NCBI GenBank assembly: GCA_040954595.2
Contig: CM082579.2
Coordinates: 11,905,834-11,969,833 of the forward strand
Length of the DNA stretch: 64,000 bases
Direction of reading: 5' to 3'
DNA from: Balanoglossus misakiensis
Taxonomy: Eukaryota > Animalia > Hemichordata
Part shown: positions 61,901 to 64,000 of the stretch, piece after piece
How positions within the stretch are numbered: position 1 is the stretch's first letter
Layout of the letters: every line of letters begins with the position of its first letter
The notes under the pieces: generated by a model
The model's database searches: none
The model's input: the letters and a program-made list of their open reading frames with translations, nothing else
What the model was told of the DNA's origin: nothing
Position numbers and translations under genes: made by a program

Positions 61901-62214
61901 CTACGTTTTGATGTATTTTGCATTTTCTCACGGTGGCGGTCATATTCTTTTGCGGCAATGTGTTATTATCTGGGTAAAGCTTGCATATGCTCCCATACTT
62001 AGGGTATCTAAAATGTCTATATTCTTCAGTGCATTCATCTGTATCGGCTAATATGACTACAGTACGTTTGAAAATAAAATTCACGATAATTTCCCAAAAG
62101 TTACAGCTCATGCAGCTTTAAAGACTGTTCCCAAATTGTCAAAATAAACTCACCCAATGACGGTACACTGCATACAGCAGGCAGTAAAGCGCCTAGAACA
62201 ACTAGAATCATCAT
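54661..62214 (-). CDS. Secreted poly(3-hydroxybutyrate) depolymerase-like alpha/beta hydrolase (PhaZ-type), 328 aa
   Basis: Eleven phase-compatible exons: 62214-62154, 59787-59665, 59107-58910, 58442-58357, 57700-57590, 57168-57136, 56687-56576, 56231-56189, 55788-55657, 55011-54986, 54722-54661 (987 nt). Signal peptide; SGISSG lipase box; MDTVV (Asp); AEHAT (His); GYVYVPSGC; HIALHGCKQ; YPQ; GCWDWWGY. Confidence 0.9.
55328..55612. mobile_element. TTAA-flanked MITE in a depolymerase intron
   Basis: TTAA|AGCTGTAATGCCTGCCATTTT...AAAAGTGGCAGCTCCTGGGGCT|TTAA, imperfect TIRs. Confidence 0.5.
55803..55937. repeat. (CAT)n/(CAC)n compound microsatellite, intronic
   Basis: Directly visible; lies just upstream of the acceptor at 55789. 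Confidence 0.97.
59447..59583. repeat. (CAGTA/CAGCA/CAGTG)n pentanucleotide microsatellite, intronic
   Basis: Directly visible. Confidence 0.95.
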
Positions 62215-62286
62215 GGTGCCGGTCAAATGAAGGTGTCGTTCCCTCTCGCCACTGTATGAATCCGTATACCACCACGCCTTCACTAC

Positions 62287-62293
62287 TTTTATA
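62287..62293 (-). promoter_or_regulatory. TATA box of the depolymerase gene
   Basis: GGGCTATAAAAGTAG on the - strand about 75 nt upstream of the ATG at 62214, with an initiator-like TTCATAC about 30 nt downstream. Confidence 0.65.
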
Positions 62294-64000
62294 GCCCACT
62301 GGTGACCTTGTGTGCATAAGGTTAACGTTCTCTCAAGTACCTAGCCCACTAGACGATTGGCGTATGCTATGTGCTTTTCTGTCTGTACTTTATGTCACCT
62401 ATATGTCTCAATAAAATTTTACTAATTTAGTTCTCAGTCACAATTCTTATCTTTCACTACGTTTCGAATGTTTGCTTTCGCTGGACTTTAGTTACTTCTC
62501 GCCAACGCGACCCAACTGCCCTACGCGATCACACCGATCTGAACACTCAAACCATGCTTAGATCTATTAACAAACGTTGCTAAATATAATCCGACATAAG
62601 AACAGTCCATATAGACAGGTCTATAAGCTTATCTATTCCTAAAACCGTTGAACAGTACAATGCAATTTACAATCTAAATATATTGATATCAGATAAACAG
62701 CTTAACACCTGTTTTTTTTTCAGTAACGTAACCTGATAGATAACATCCATTTTATACTACATTGTGGTTTTATACACTATAAATCGAGCGGGGCTACCTG
62801 GTGTATATGTTCAACTCTCTGTTGCTCTGAAAGCTGATTAAATTATGTATACATAGGCGTCTAGTGATCTTTCATGACATTTGGTGTCAATCCCTGAATA
62901 TAAATACAATTCGATGTAATTACATTACGTACTCCCACATCTCTCTCCACTCACCCGCACCCTGTCCCCTCTCCTGCTCTCCCTCCTCTACCCCCCCCCC
63001 CTTTCATCAGTCGCTGCAGACATTTAGGATACACAAGTATAATCAACAAATTTTGAGTGATTTGTTGGGTCACTTCACAGGCTAATGGGCAAGCCGGTAC
63101 CATATGTGCAACTTCAGTCGTTTGCAGACAAACTCACTTTTGTGTTATGATATGAAATCAACCTGTATTTTTCTGAGTTCAAACCTAGATCCGCTGCGCC
63201 AATATGCGTAACAAGCAGGTCCGTGCATTTGTCACTGATATGCCTGACTGTTCCATTTCTGAAGGACTCTGAAATTAATGGCAGGGGAAGTGGATTCTAC
63301 TGTTCGACAGATCATTCACAGGCCTTGAAAGCCAAACGGTTAACCTTGATCACTTCAAACATGTCTTTCTTTCAAAAATCATTGAAAACCCAATATCCAC
63401 AAAGTGCATACTGTCAGTATCAGCTATTGGTTCCCTGTCAATCGCGGGCGAGAGTTTATTAACCTTTCTTTTCAGAGTACATTTACATAATGATGTGATA
63501 TGCTCCTCTTGACCGAGGTTACTAGTGGCATCAAAAGGGGGTATTGCCAGCGAAGATGCAGAGGAGCCAATCGGAAGGACACGCGTCACATTTAACGTAC
63601 ACCTAAGGTGGCCGAACTAGAACTACGGTTGAACAAAATACTGAACAAATAGACCAGATTGGCAGAGAGATGGACTTTAGCATGTACGGTGTTTGAGGTC
63701 TGATGAAAGATTGACACAATAATTAACTATCTTCAACTTCCAGTGCAAGTTCAGGTTGGAGTAAAAAAAATTTCAATATTAACGGAGTGTCACAGTATGT
63801 TTGCTCAGCTTTTATTTCTGGTAAATTTAATGAAATCATCATCCATTGAAGGATGTCCGCACAGAATATAAACCGGAAAACTGCGCGCACGCGTCTTTTC
63901 CTCATAGGATTACATTGATAATCGCTAGAAAACAAACTTCTACTATTGTCATTTCACCAATAGCTCAGTCCAGCTAATATAAATTCATTGGTCAAATAAA

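Noticed and set aside
54661-62214. Depolymerase as bacterial or fungal contamination
   Set aside because: Ten spliceosomal introns carrying host-type repeats, contiguous with animal genes and TEs.
62300-64000. Short ORFs at the right end of the window
   Set aside because: No recognisable motifs or consistent exon structure.

Overview
Intron-rich, AT-rich animal genomic DNA, most likely a marine invertebrate (inferred from the repeat and gene content; the species cannot be determined). I assembled four host genes by hand from GT-AG boundaries and reading phase. (1) The 5' part of a signal-peptide + Ig V-set gene (- strand, runs off the left edge). (2) An apparently intact 10-coding-exon Roco gene (+, 4970-25350, 998 aa) with an unusual architecture: PYRIN/DED-like death fold, Roc GTPase, COR, then about 3 transmembrane helices. 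(3) A TM-EGF-C-type lectin pseudogene (+, ~40767-43573). (4) An intact 11-exon secreted poly(3-hydroxybutyrate) depolymerase-like gene (-, 54661-62214, 328 aa). More than half of the window is transposable elements. The first Roco intron holds a tyrosine-recombinase retrotransposon with split direct repeats and an apparently spliced gag, itself interrupted by a Harbinger-type MITE and a 4-kb foldback element. Further on are an L2 fragment, a Gypsy element with mismatched flanks, a Tx1 LINE next to a (TTC)n tract, a degraded Pif1-helicase element, a second truncated Gypsy and many MITEs. No rRNA, tRNA or CRISPR array was seen. All gene models are manual and have not been checked against transcripts or databases.
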